64,000 bases of DNA from Desulfatiglandales bacterium (GTDB lineage Bacteria; Desulfobacterota; DSM-4660; Desulfatiglandales; HGW-15). A program made the translations under genes and the position numbers. This document shows positions 40,608 to 51,283 of this stretch, piece by piece. The stretch's first letter is position 1; each line of letters starts with the position of its first letter. The notes below the pieces were generated by a model that saw only the letters and a program-made list of their open reading frames with translations, had not been told where the DNA came from and did no database searches. The stretch covers positions 2,208,001-2,272,000 of the forward strand of contig CAXXJJ010000004.1 in NCBI GenBank assembly GCA_963667015.2, written 5' to 3'.

Positions 40608-41803
40608 TACAATTCTTCAGTCTGTTTTATTTTATTTAATAATTTTTTATATATGGCAATAGTCTGTTCAGCGATCCTTTCCCAGGACATATCTTCAGCT
40701 ATTGCCCTGGAATCTCTTGCCATCTGATCCAGTATTGATCTATTTTTCAGGCAATTTACTATCCTGTCCGCAAGAGCCTCTGCATCCCCGGGAGTAACAA
40801 CATTATTCTGATCAACTACAAGCTCGGGCAAACCGCCTGTTCCTGATACTATCATAGGTTTACCGAAGGCAAGGGCGGTTGCCCCTGCACCACTTTGCGA
40901 ATCGAAATGCAGATAAGGCAGTATTACCAGATCAGAAGCCAGAAAATATCCGGCAACCTCATCAGCGTCTATATAATGAAGATGCTTCACTAAATACTCT
41001 GATATATTCTTTTCCTTTATTATTTTTTCGTACCTGTCCCAGGATTCCCATAATTTTCCGGCAATAACCAGGCGTGCTTCAGGAATGTCCTCTAATGCCC
41101 TTGCAAAAGCCTCCAAAGCAATATCAATTCCTTTATATGGGCGGATTGTTCCAAAGATCAGTACTACCTGATCCTTCGGTTCCAAGTTAAGCATATTCCT
41201 GGCAGAATCACGGGTAATATGCTCCTTGTGATGGAATTCCAGTGGACCATGAGGTATTTGAGTTACCCTGTCACCTTTAATGCCAAAATGCTTTGTTAAT
41301 TGAAAATAATTGGATTTTGAATGAACAATAAAATGGTCGCCAAGTTTAAAAAGTATCCGAGAACATAGATCATAGAGTTTTTTTCTCTCATGAGGAATAA
41401 CATTGTGCACAGTAATAACAATCGGTTTATTTCTGATTTTATAAAGAAGACAAATAATCAGATAAATAATAACTAAGGGAGGACTCCACCATTGTGCATG
41501 AAGTATCTGCCCTTTTGTGGCGAGGCCTTCAACTATCCAGGTTAAAGGATTATACCATGTAAGATTCCTCCTGACGTTCAGACTTAAGGTCGCCTTCAAC
41601 CCGGGAAATGTGTAGTCTTCCCTTAAATCACCACCGGGATATAAAAACGAAGGATAAATATGCTTAAAAGAGATGAACTCAGTTTTTATCATGCGGGATA
41701 CAGCACTGGAAAAGGCCAGGCAATAACTGCTTAATGCCCTCAGAGGCGGCAGAGAACCAAGGATTGTAACAGTTTTAAGGCTTGGAACATTTTTTTTTAT
41801 CAT
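40607..41803 (-). CDS. Glycosyltransferase family 4
   Basis: TVHNVIPHE, FGTIRPYKG, LPY..SQSG. Confidence 0.9.
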   Translation of the reverse strand: MIKKNVPSLKTVTILGSLPPLRALSSYCLAFSSAVSRMIKTEFISFKHIYPSFLYPGGDLREDYTFPGLKATLSLNVRRNLTWYNPLTWIVEGLATKGQILHAQWWSPPLVIIYLIICLLYKIRNKPIVITVHNVIPHERKKLYDLCSRILFKLGDHFIVHSKSNYFQLTKHFGIKGDRVTQIPHGPLEFHHKEHITRDSARNMLNLEPKDQVVLIFGTIRPYKGIDIALEAFARALEDIPEARLVIAGKLWESWDRYEKIIKEKNISEYLVKHLHYIDADEVAGYFLASDLVILPYLHFDSQSGAGATALAFGKPMIVSGTGGLPELVVDQNNVVTPGDAEALADRIVNCLKNRSILDQMARDSRAIAEDMSWERIAEQTIAIYKKLLNKIKQTEEL

Positions 41804-41816
41804 TTGCTTTTCTGAT

Positions 41817-42698
41817 TTATTGATTCCTGTACCGATTGCTTTCGCTTCTCTCAAACCTCATCTGGCTTATCTGTTCTGAAATAATCCCCATAAAAAAAAC
41901 AATGATGGCTGTTGTAAAAAGAAGTGCGCTCATATTGGTGAATCGTCCTGAGGAGAAATAGGTATATACATAATAGAAAAGTCCAATAAGAAAAATAAAA
42001 AAACTAACAGGCAAAAATATCCTGAAAGGTGAATAGAGGGCACAGATCTTTGTAATTATCATAAAGAATCTCACGCCATCCCGGAATATACTGATATTAC
42101 TTTTCCCCTTAGTCCTTCTCTTTACCTCAATGGGCAAATATTTAAGACTCTTTCCGTTTCGTAGAACACCAAGCGTCATAGTGGTTGGGTATGAATAGGT
42201 ATTAGGTAAGAGGTATAAAAGACTTTGTGCTATCTCAGCCTTTACAGCCCTGAATCCGGAAGTGAGATCCTGAACCCTGAATTTTGCCACATATCCGGCA
42301 AGCCAGTTTAATATCCTGTTTCCACCACCACGAAAAAGTGAAACCTGACTATTCCTTGAACGTGCACCAACTACCATATCATATTCAGGGAAATATTGAA
42401 GCATTGTGGCAATATCTTCAGGGTTGTGTTGTCCATCTCCATCTATAAAAACCAGTATCTCTCCGGAGGCGATCCTTATTCCACTTTTTATAGAGGCACC
42501 ATTTCCTATATTATAGGGGTGGCTGTATACAATTGCCCCTGACTCTCTGGCAACATCACCGGTCTGGTCGGTAGACCCATCGTTGATAACTATTATCTCA
42601 AGGTCAGAGTCCACCTTTCTTATTCCATCTATAACATCCTTGATTGTCTCTGCCTCATTGTATGCAGGTATAATTACTGATACATCAGTTCTTTTCAT
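41817..42698 (-). CDS. GT2, polyprenol-phosphate glycosyltransferase (DPM-synthase-like)
   Basis: IPAYNE, DGDGQH, DMVVGAR, DLTSGFRA, two C-terminal TM helices. Confidence 0.88.
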   Translation of the reverse strand: MKRTDVSVIIPAYNEAETIKDVIDGIRKVDSDLEIIVINDGSTDQTGDVARESGAIVYSHPYNIGNGASIKSGIRIASGEILVFIDGDGQHNPEDIATMLQYFPEYDMVVGARSRNSQVSLFRGGGNRILNWLAGYVAKFRVQDLTSGFRAVKAEIAQSLLYLLPNTYSYPTTMTLGVLRNGKSLKYLPIEVKRRTKGKSNISIFRDGVRFFMIITKICALYSPFRIFLPVSFFIFLIGLFYYVYTYFSSGRFTNMSALLFTTAIIVFFMGIISEQISQMRFERSESNRYRNQ

Positions 42699-42786
42699 AT
42701 TCCATCCTGAAAAAATCAATTTCATTTAAATAGTAAAAACCTTTTCTGCTGGGAAGAAACGGTCAGTTGTTTAGAGCTGGAAACTA

Positions 42787-43149
42787 TTATTCTTTAATGA
42801 TGGTTCCCCCTGGTCCAGTATATAGATAGGTTTTATCACCATGAGAATGATGAGAGCTTATTGTATAACCATTTTCATCTCCCGTAATATCCAGGGTTAC
42901 ACCAGGTGATTCGAACAGCTGAGATGCCTGGTTGAGTCTTTCAAAAGATCCGGCATATATTCTATTCTCAGCATAGTATGCCTCCTGTGCTGTTATAGCA
43001 TTTTTAATATCTGACATCGCCGCTGCGTTATGGGACATCATCCTGTATTTAGAAAACTGGGGGATAGCGATAGCAGCCAAAATACCGATGATAGCAATGA
43101 CAATAAGCACTTCGATAAGTGTAAAACCTTTGTTACGGAGCAAATTCAT
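42787..43149 (-). CDS. Type IVa pilin (112-aa mature)
   Basis: KG|FTLIEVLIVIAIIGILAAIAIPQF, SDIKNA..QEAYYA; start revised to 43149. Confidence 0.92.
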   Translation of the reverse strand: MNLLRNKGFTLIEVLIVIAIIGILAAIAIPQFSKYRMMSHNAAAMSDIKNAITAQEAYYAENRIYAGSFERLNQASQLFESPGVTLDITGDENGYTISSHHSHGDKTYLYTGPGGTIIKE

Positions 43150-43227
43150 CTTTTCCTCCAGAAATATTTTGACCGAATCCAAGCTTCAAATGGCATATAT
43201 ACCTATATTATTTTTAAGCCATCAGGA

Positions 43228-44907
43228 TTATTTTAAGATATGCAAGCCTGCACCATTTTTATAAAAAATTGAAGCAGAATAATTCCTGAAAAAAGATCCA
43301 ATTAATTCCTGTTTATCCGGTAAAAAATTATCCTTAAGCCATTTATCAAAAAGCGGGAAATAGATCAGCAGATGCGTAATTCCCCTTTTTCGAAAACCGG
43401 CCAATATTTCCTCTGAATCATGGGCTGATAGTATCCTTTTAAGAAGGTTTAAATCAAAAACATAATTCCGGTCACAGTAATATCCTCTCTTTCCCAGATG
43501 AATAAAAAATATCTTTGAATCCTGAGCCAGATTTTCATTTATATATTTAAGAGCAGGATATTCAGGGATATAGTTCGATATATATTCATCACGATCAATT
43601 TTCCCACTGATATAAGGCAAAGGATCAACTTTGCCAAACAGATTTATTATATATGAGACATTCAATGCCAGGCACAGAATAAAAATAAGTGAGACTGCAG
43701 CGCCTGCTGCTTTATTAAAACGTGATGGTATACCACGCAGTATCTCCACCAGGTTCTTTATACCCAATATGGATAATACTGTCAAAGGAGGTATAACCGG
43801 TGCAATGTAGCGTATCCTGAATACGGCTGTAAATAATGCAATCAATATAAAGAGAATACTGAATAACAGCATAATGGATTTTTCTTTTTGGGAGAAGGCG
43901 GACATATTTTTTATTGGGAGAAAAGCAAACAAGGTGAATATCAATAAAAAGGGATTCAGTTTTCCGTCAAAATACTGCGGGTCTCCATCTCTGCCCTGAA
44001 AAAAAATCCTGAGCGGCAGCAATGATATTTCCAGACCTGATTCCCCATAAACAAAATGTCTGTAGGTAAAAAGCCCTTTATTTTGTCTTACCTTTTTTTC
44101 TTCATTATTATCCCTGTTAACCGGTAAAACAGGGGCTGGCGGATTAAATACTTTATTATAGAGCGGATATATCGGGTTTCCCTTCCAGGAATAGTTTCTT
44201 ATCATCCATGGCGAAAAAACCACCAGGGAAGTTATAACAAAGATAAGGCAGTAAAAAATCGCTCCTGAAAATACTGTTTTTTTATTTTCACTGAACCTTG
44301 AATAGATGAAAGGAATAAAAAGAGTCAGCAACGCAAAAGTAACCAGACTATTGTATTTGGTTCCAAGGGCTAAACCGCACATTATACCGGAATATATGAG
44401 GTATTTATATCTGAAGTCATTTTCCAGCCACTTCATCATCAGCAAGAGTGAAGCAAATGAAAAAAAGATCACTCCAAGATCCACGTAAACATTTATGGAC
44501 AATTTCACTATTACAGGTATTGAAAGAAAAAAAAGCGCGCCCGCCAGGCCATAGACAGCTCCGGCCCTCTTTTTCAAATAGCCGAATATCAACCATGCAG
44601 TTAAAAGTGCGAATAAAAAATGAATCAGCTTCGGAACAATATCATTTCCAAAATAAAGTGGAATCATGTAAAGGAGATCAAGATTCATCGGATAGTATGA
44701 GAAATCCATAAAAGGAATCTCATAGATACCCCCATGGTTCAGATAAAGCTTTGGGACAGCCAGATGATGTACAAGCGCATCCCTGCTGACCGGCGGTACC
44801 ATGGACATAACTACTACCACGGTCACCAGCGCAGCCAGGGCCAGGACTAAAAATCTGCCCAAATTTTCTTTACCTGTACATCGAGTAAAATCCATGCAAA
44901 ACACCAC
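43228..44907 (-). CDS. Polytopic GT-C fold (GT39/PMT-like) lipid-carrier-dependent glycosyltransferase
   Basis: Many TM helices, RDALVHHL, YVDL, GTKY, PWMIRN..GNPIYP, RY. Confidence 0.75.
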   Translation of the reverse strand: MVFCMDFTRCTGKENLGRFLVLALAALVTVVVVMSMVPPVSRDALVHHLAVPKLYLNHGGIYEIPFMDFSYYPMNLDLLYMIPLYFGNDIVPKLIHFLFALLTAWLIFGYLKKRAGAVYGLAGALFFLSIPVIVKLSINVYVDLGVIFFSFASLLLMMKWLENDFRYKYLIYSGIMCGLALGTKYNSLVTFALLTLFIPFIYSRFSENKKTVFSGAIFYCLIFVITSLVVFSPWMIRNYSWKGNPIYPLYNKVFNPPAPVLPVNRDNNEEKKVRQNKGLFTYRHFVYGESGLEISLLPLRIFFQGRDGDPQYFDGKLNPFLLIFTLFAFLPIKNMSAFSQKEKSIMLLFSILFILIALFTAVFRIRYIAPVIPPLTVLSILGIKNLVEILRGIPSRFNKAAGAAVSLIFILCLALNVSYIINLFGKVDPLPYISGKIDRDEYISNYIPEYPALKYINENLAQDSKIFFIHLGKRGYYCDRNYVFDLNLLKRILSAHDSEEILAGFRKRGITHLLIYFPLFDKWLKDNFLPDKQELIGSFFRNYSASIFYKNGAGLHILK

Positions 44908-45014
44908 AGAATAATTTATATTAATTTTTCTAATTGATAATAACTTATTAATACATTAAATGGAATCATTTCTATATACTTTATTTATATTTCTGATTAG
45001 ACAGGAGCTTACTG

Positions 45015-45779
45015 ATGCAGCTTACAATATTAGGTTCGGGCACCTCAATACCCCTTTCATACAGGTCGTCGCCATCGCTCATGCTTAATATAGACGGAGA
45101 TATTCTGCTTCTGGACATGGGGCCCGGGACACTGAGACAGCTTGCTCGTACAGGGATCAATAGCAGTTCAATTGATCATATATTCTTCAGTCATTTTCAC
45201 CCTGACCATACCGCAGATCTTATTCATTTTCTGTTTGTGACCCGTAATCCGAATATATTTGATAATCGAAAACCATTCCTGCTGTCAGGATCAAAGGGCC
45301 TGAAAAACCTGGTATATAAACTTCAGAAGGCATACCTAGGGTGGCTTGAAATACCAGAAGACATAATGACAATAGAAGAATTCAACAATCTTGAAACAAC
45401 AGTAAATAACTATAAAAAATATACAGTTTCCACATATCCGGTTGATCATACAGAAAGCAGTCTCGCCTGCAGGATTGAAGATAAAAGGGGAAAAAATATT
45501 GTATATGCAGGAGATACAGGCTTTTTAAAAGGGATAGCATCCTTTGCTGCGGGAACGGATCTTCTTGTTCTTGAATGTTCCCTTCCGGAAGGAGGGAATA
45601 CCGAAGGACATCTTACTCCTGCTCAGGCCGGAAGACTTGCATCACTATCAGGGGTTAATAAACTGCTGCTGGTTCACTTTTATCCTGAAGTGCTTTCAAC
45701 CGATATTACTGGTGAGTGCAGAAAACACTACAGGGGAGAGTTAATGCTTGGCAGGGATATGATGAGCATCAATATTTAA
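45015..45779 (+). CDS. Metallo-beta-lactamase fold hydrolase (RNase Z-like)
   Basis: LGSG, SHFHPDH, YAGDT, GHLTP, LVHFYP. Confidence 0.88.
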   Translation: MQLTILGSGTSIPLSYRSSPSLMLNIDGDILLLDMGPGTLRQLARTGINSSSIDHIFFSHFHPDHTADLIHFLFVTRNPNIFDNRKPFLLSGSKGLKNLVYKLQKAYLGWLEIPEDIMTIEEFNNLETTVNNYKKYTVSTYPVDHTESSLACRIEDKRGKNIVYAGDTGFLKGIASFAAGTDLLVLECSLPEGGNTEGHLTPAQAGRLASLSGVNKLLLVHFYPEVLSTDITGECRKHYRGELMLGRDMMSINI

Positions 45780-46747
45780 TACAATCTTTCTATCATATAT
45801 TCATTAAGGGAAAGCAGATTATCCCTGTGCTCAGACGAGGGGAACTCTTTTAAACATTCTGCCGCCTTTGCAACATATTCCTGTGCTCTGTTCTTTGTTT
45901 TTTCAATATTTCCGCTTGCCCTGACAAGGTTGATAAGTTCGTTATATCCTGCTTCGCTGTCATTCCCGTTTAATAATAACTCTTTGAACTTATCAGACTC
46001 GGCTTTTGTCATTCCGGGTATTGTATATATAAGCGGAAGCGTGATTTTACCTTCTTTAAAATCTTTTCCAACAGGTTTTCCGAATTCCTCCTCGGATGAT
46101 GAGTAGTCAAGCAGGTCATCAACCATTTGAAAGGCAATTCCCATATTAAGCCCGAAATTTTTAAGGTATTCCACCTTCTCTTTTTCGGCCTGAGCTGCCA
46201 CAGCGCCTGCAGCACAGGATGCGGAAATCAGATCAGCGGTTTTTGATGTTATAATTTCCAGATATTCATCTTCTGATGTGTCCCATTTTCTGGTGCATGT
46301 GAGTTCCCTTACCTGTCCCTCTGTCATACATGCAGCGGTGTTTGTTACTATAGAAATAATTTCAAGCTTTTCTGACTGTAATGCAATTCTGGATGCCATT
46401 GAGAACAGGTAATCACCAGCCAGCACGGCAGCGGTATTGCCCCATAAATTGCTTGCAGAAGGTTTTTTCCGCCGAATATCAGCATTATCAATAACATCAT
46501 CATGGAGCAGGGATGCACAGTGAATATATTCAAACATGGTAGATAGAAAATAGAGATCCTTTTTTTCATAACCGCACATAATGGCACTGATTACAAAGAG
46601 CAATGGGCGCAGTCTTTTCCCTCCACCTAAAAGGGAATGCCTGCATACCTCGTCAATAAGCGGCACATTTGAAAAAATACTCTTTTCGAGCTCTTTTTCT
46701 ATTTCTTCAAAATGATGGTTAAATATTTCTAAAATGTTTTTATCCAT
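45776..46747 (-). CDS. Polyprenyl diphosphate synthase (IspB-like)
   Basis: GGKRLRP, LLHDDVID, FQMVDDLLD, EGKITLP. Confidence 0.93.
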   Translation of the reverse strand: MDKNILEIFNHHFEEIEKELEKSIFSNVPLIDEVCRHSLLGGGKRLRPLLFVISAIMCGYEKKDLYFLSTMFEYIHCASLLHDDVIDNADIRRKKPSASNLWGNTAAVLAGDYLFSMASRIALQSEKLEIISIVTNTAACMTEGQVRELTCTRKWDTSEDEYLEIITSKTADLISASCAAGAVAAQAEKEKVEYLKNFGLNMGIAFQMVDDLLDYSSSEEEFGKPVGKDFKEGKITLPLIYTIPGMTKAESDKFKELLLNGNDSEAGYNELINLVRASGNIEKTKNRAQEYVAKAAECLKEFPSSEHRDNLLSLNEYMIERLY

Positions 46748-46845
46748 GCCTGAATGGCTTCTCCGGTACTGTAAAAATATGAACCTATAAATTATTAATG
46801 AACAGAATTAATTAACATCTAGATTATTATTATTCAACCTAAATA

Positions 46846-48183
46846 TCAGACTATCTCTCCAACAAGATCATATGGATGTGCTTCGGTTATAAGCACATCC
46901 TGTATTTCTCCCGGTATTCCTTCACCCTTATTAATAAGGATCTGGCTGTCCACATCCGGGGCCATTCCTATCGTCCTGCCGCATAAAAGAAGTTCCGTTT
47001 CAGGTGATACACCTTCAATTAAAACCGGAACAACCTGATTGATCATTGCCCTGTTCTTTTTCAGAGAGATATTCGCCTGTAGCTTCATAAGGGCATCTCT
47101 TCTTTCTTCTGAGACTTTGCTGTCGGGAATGCCCTTCATGCGTGCAGCCGGGGTGCCCTTTTCGGGGCTGTATATAAATGCACCCAAATGATCGAATTCC
47201 GTATCCCTTACAAAATTGAACATTTCCTCAAATGCCTCATTCGTCTCACCCGGAAACCCGACCATCATTGTTGTCCTGATGCTGAACTTCCTGCTATATG
47301 ATCGAACACGCCGGATAAGATCGGTCGGGGTTTCGCCCTTTATCTCCCTGTCCATCGCCTTTAGAATTTTTTCATTTACATGCTGAAAGGGAATATCCAG
47401 ATAAGGAGCGATTATCTCTTCACTGCTCATCAGATTTAAGAGAGAATCCCTTATTTCATAGGGATGTGAGTATAGTATTCTTATCCACTCTATTCCTTTT
47501 ATTGAAAGAAGGTTTTCGAGCAGGCCTTCAATGCAAGCTCCGTCATCCAGATCTGCGCCGTAAATTGTCGTATCCTGGGCAATAAGGTTTATTTCCTTAA
47601 CACCCCGATCTCTCATTGCCTTTGCCTCAGAAACGATTGACTGAATCTGCCGGCTTCTTAAGGGGCCTCTTATGGGTGGAATTGCACAGTAGGAGCACCT
47701 GTGATTACAACCCTCTGCTATCTTGATATATGCCGAATAAAATGGTGTTGTCTGGATCCTTGGAATTTCATGATCAGCCAGGAATACAGGGCGTCCGATA
47801 TAAAAGGGAGCATTGATATTATAAATAGATTCTACCAGTTCGACTATCCTTTGCAGTTCACCGGTACCCAGCCAGCCATCCACTTCAGGCATTTCTCTTT
47901 TAAGCTTGTATCCATACCGCTGAACAAAACAGCCGGTTACGATTACCTTGTCAATCTCACCGCTTTTTTTCTTTTCAATAACATCCAGAATAACATCAAT
48001 AGCCTCTTCCACTGCAGACTGAAGGAACCCGCATGTATTAACTATAACAATATCCGAATCGGCTATCTCCTTTACTATCGAACAACCTATTGAAGACAGG
48101 AGTCCCAGGATATTTTCGCTATCAACAAGGTTTTTTGCACAACCCAGACTTATTAAAAATATTTTTTTATTTGATTCTGTCAT
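46846..48183 (-). CDS. rimO: Ribosomal protein S12 methylthiotransferase
   Basis: SLGCAKNLVDSE, NTCGF, AEGCNHRCSYC, APDVD TRAM region. Confidence 0.93.
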   Translation of the reverse strand: MTESNKKIFLISLGCAKNLVDSENILGLLSSIGCSIVKEIADSDIVIVNTCGFLQSAVEEAIDVILDVIEKKKSGEIDKVIVTGCFVQRYGYKLKREMPEVDGWLGTGELQRIVELVESIYNINAPFYIGRPVFLADHEIPRIQTTPFYSAYIKIAEGCNHRCSYCAIPPIRGPLRSRQIQSIVSEAKAMRDRGVKEINLIAQDTTIYGADLDDGACIEGLLENLLSIKGIEWIRILYSHPYEIRDSLLNLMSSEEIIAPYLDIPFQHVNEKILKAMDREIKGETPTDLIRRVRSYSRKFSIRTTMMVGFPGETNEAFEEMFNFVRDTEFDHLGAFIYSPEKGTPAARMKGIPDSKVSEERRDALMKLQANISLKKNRAMINQVVPVLIEGVSPETELLLCGRTIGMAPDVDSQILINKGEGIPGEIQDVLITEAHPYDLVGEIV

Positions 48184-48209
48184 GATAAAAACACTGGAAG
48201 GATTAAGGA

Positions 48210-49607
48210 TTATTGTTTGTACTGGTCCAAGTTTACAGACAACCTTCTAAGCAGGGTCATGCCAAATCGCTTAAGGAAAAGAACCTGAATATCTTTTGAA
48301 GATTTATCAAGCAGCGTTGAACTGATTCTTAAAAGAATAGAGTCTGTATCTGCGGTAACTGATGCCACCCTTGAATCTCCGCTCAGGTATGCCATTTCGC
48401 CAAAACATTCACCTCGGTTTACAGTAGCTACAACATTATCATTCTTTTTTACAGCTACTTTACCGCTTAATATCACATAGAATGAATCATCAATTTCACC
48501 TTCATTCATTATCATCTGTCCGGCAGGGGCCTTTACAATGCTGGCAGTATCTATTATCTTTCTTACCTGATCCTTGGTAAAATTGCTGAAAAACTGAATA
48601 TTTCGCACATAATCAACTACATCATCCATCTTTTCTTTCTGTGTAACCCCGGCCTTCAGACCTCTTAAGGCAATTCTAAGGTCATAGGCAAGGTCCATAC
48701 AGGTCTGATACCGTTTATTCTTTTCCTTTGCCAGGGCCTTTTTTGTAATATCCTCAATTATCTTGGGTAATTCAGGCCGTAATTCACTTACCGGGCGAGG
48801 ATCTTCATTGGTTATTTTATACATTATCGTAAAATAGTTTTCACCTGAGAAGGCCTTTTCACAGGTAAGCAGCTCATATAAAACACATCCCAGTGAAAAG
48901 ACATCACTTCTGTTGTCCAGTTCTTCTTCTTTTATCTGTTCAGGAGACATGTAGCTTGGAGACCCGATAATCTCCTTTGACATAGTCTTTTCGGCCTTAA
49001 TCTTTGCAATACCGAAATCGGTTATTTTTATATCACCGGTCTCATTAAGCATTATATTAGATGGTTTGACATCCCTGTGGATGATGCCGTTCTGATGGGC
49101 ATAATCAAGGGCTTTACAGGCTGAAACAACCATTTCCGCTATCCTGTTAACAGGAAGTATATTTTCTTTCTTGCAGTATTCTGAAAGTGTAGGCCCGTTT
49201 ATGTATTCCATTGTAATATAGCAGAAATCCCTGTACATCCCTGCATCGTATATCGCCACAATATTCGGATGTAACAGGCGGCCTGCGGACTGCGCCTCAG
49301 TAAAAAAACTCTCCCGATACTTTTCGGCACTTTCCCGGCTTGCATCAGAGTGCGGTCTTGAAATCTTTATGCCTACCTCCCTCTTTATATATGGGTCCAG
49401 ACCTTTAAATACGATTCCCATGCTGCCCCGGCCAAGCTTATCCAGGATTTCATACCGACCCACCCTTTCAATATCATCAAGATCGCTCAAAAAACGGCTA
49501 TCGACAGGGCTGCTGGCTTTTCCCTTTCCAAGGAACTTTGCGCTAAGCCATCGGGTTATTCCCATCTTTGATGGTTCGAGTTCGTTTTCACGATCTTTGT
49601 CGGTCAA
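48210..49607 (-). CDS. Hanks-type Ser/Thr kinase with C-terminal cyclic-nucleotide-binding domain
   Basis: LGRGSMG, HRDVKPSN, DFG, YMSPE; FGEMAYLSGDSRVASV; no TM segment evident. Confidence 0.92.
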   Translation of the reverse strand: MTDKDRENELEPSKMGITRWLSAKFLGKGKASSPVDSRFLSDLDDIERVGRYEILDKLGRGSMGIVFKGLDPYIKREVGIKISRPHSDASRESAEKYRESFFTEAQSAGRLLHPNIVAIYDAGMYRDFCYITMEYINGPTLSEYCKKENILPVNRIAEMVVSACKALDYAHQNGIIHRDVKPSNIMLNETGDIKITDFGIAKIKAEKTMSKEIIGSPSYMSPEQIKEEELDNRSDVFSLGCVLYELLTCEKAFSGENYFTIMYKITNEDPRPVSELRPELPKIIEDITKKALAKEKNKRYQTCMDLAYDLRIALRGLKAGVTQKEKMDDVVDYVRNIQFFSNFTKDQVRKIIDTASIVKAPAGQMIMNEGEIDDSFYVILSGKVAVKKNDNVVATVNRGECFGEMAYLSGDSRVASVTADTDSILLRISSTLLDKSSKDIQVLFLKRFGMTLLRRLSVNLDQYKQ

Positions 49608-49678
49608 ATCGATGATCTATCTCCTCATGTTTTTATGTAATCTCAATAACATAGAAATAAAAAAAAGTATATTGCCAT

Positions 49679-51049
49679 TTACCTGGGATTTAACCTGTAC
49701 CTGATTAATATATCGACCAACTTTTCTTCCGAGTTTAATTCGGGATTATCTGTTACAAGTTCAAGAAGCCTCCCCAGTACCTTCCCAACCTCGGGCCCGG
49801 GTTCAAGCTTCATTACGTCCATTACTTTTTTACCATCTATTGCAAGATCAGTGATTTCAAGGGACATATTATCATTTTTCATTTGCTCAATACGCTGTTC
49901 GAGATGGGCAATAAGTTTCAGTTTATTATCCGTGAAACCATGAGCAATGATATCAGCTTTTCTCAGTGTTAACAATTCATCAATATTATCCCGGCCTGCA
50001 CGCCTGATCAGACGCCTTACCGCCGCATCGCTCCAGACCTCGCTGTAATCAATCATATGAAGCAAAATTAAGGAAGTAACTTTCTTGATTTCCTCCCTGC
50101 TGAACCGCAAACACTCCATGATATCCTTTGCCATTGATGAGCTGATAGCCGCATGATTATAAAAGTGATATTCATTATTGATTTCTTCCCTAACACGGGG
50201 TTTCCCTATATCATGAAGCAGCGCGGCAAGCCGTAACATATGGTTTGAAGGAACATTTTCGACGGTTTCAAGGGTATGTTTAAAAACCGTATATCTGTGC
50301 CAGGAGTTCTGTTCCATGCCATATCCTTCGAGAAGCTCCGGCAAAAAATATCCCATTAAACCGGTTGTTCGCAGGAGTTCCAGCAGATTTGAAGGTTTTT
50401 TGCACAGGATTATCTTTATAAGCTCATCCCTTACCCTTTCTATAGAAACCAAAGCTAAACTGGAGGCATGAGCCCCTATTTCATCAACAGTATTTTTATC
50501 GATTGTAAAACCAAGTTCTCCGGCAATCCTGACTGCCCTCATCATTCTTAAGGGATCTTCCCTGAATCTGTCGCCAGGATTAATCACCGCCCTTATTATT
50601 TTTCCTTTTATGTCACCTTCCCCGTCATGAGGATCAATCACAATGGATTTTTCCTCATCATATGCCATTGCATTCAGGGTAAAATCTCTGTGGCTCAAAT
50701 CACTGTATATATCCCCTTTTTTACCATTTATCCCCTTCATGGTTGTAACTTCATAAGACCTGCCCGAATGCACAAGGGTTACGGTTTCATGCTTTAAAGA
50801 AAACTGCCTGATATTCTTAAAAACAGATTGTATTTCATGAACCCCGGCATTTGTGGTTATATCCCAGTCAATTGCTTCCCGCTCCAGTAAGGCATCCCTT
50901 ACTGCCCCGCCTACAATAAATGCATTAAATCCCTTGTTTTTAAGTACCTTTATAATAGTGCTTACAAAGTCAGGGATATCGATTCGGAAGGAAAATTCCA
51001 ATTTGTTTCTTGGGGCATTATATTTCATCAAATTCTTTAACCTGGCCAT
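49679..51049 (-). CDS. Class II tRNA nucleotidyltransferase with HD domain
   Basis: GGAVRD, DWD, RDFTLNA, EDPLRMMRA, SIERVRDE, LLHDIGK. Confidence 0.9.
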   Translation of the reverse strand: MARLKNLMKYNAPRNKLEFSFRIDIPDFVSTIIKVLKNKGFNAFIVGGAVRDALLEREAIDWDITTNAGVHEIQSVFKNIRQFSLKHETVTLVHSGRSYEVTTMKGINGKKGDIYSDLSHRDFTLNAMAYDEEKSIVIDPHDGEGDIKGKIIRAVINPGDRFREDPLRMMRAVRIAGELGFTIDKNTVDEIGAHASSLALVSIERVRDELIKIILCKKPSNLLELLRTTGLMGYFLPELLEGYGMEQNSWHRYTVFKHTLETVENVPSNHMLRLAALLHDIGKPRVREEINNEYHFYNHAAISSSMAKDIMECLRFSREEIKKVTSLILLHMIDYSEVWSDAAVRRLIRRAGRDNIDELLTLRKADIIAHGFTDNKLKLIAHLEQRIEQMKNDNMSLEITDLAIDGKKVMDVMKLEPGPEVGKVLGRLLELVTDNPELNSEEKLVDILIRYRLNPR

Positions 51050-51283
51050 ATTTTATAATCAAAAAATCATACTATATATATTAATATAACTTATTTATCA
51101 TTTATTTAATTATTTTTTACTTTCTTTACCGTTATGTTTTCCATTAACCTTCTGTTAAAAAACTTTGACTATAATGTATCTCTTTTCTATAGTTATTTTT
51201 GTCCGGTAAAACCTGCAAGTTATTTTTAAAATTTCGACAACCTGCTATTCAGGAATAATATTATTTATCATATTTAAGCTGTC

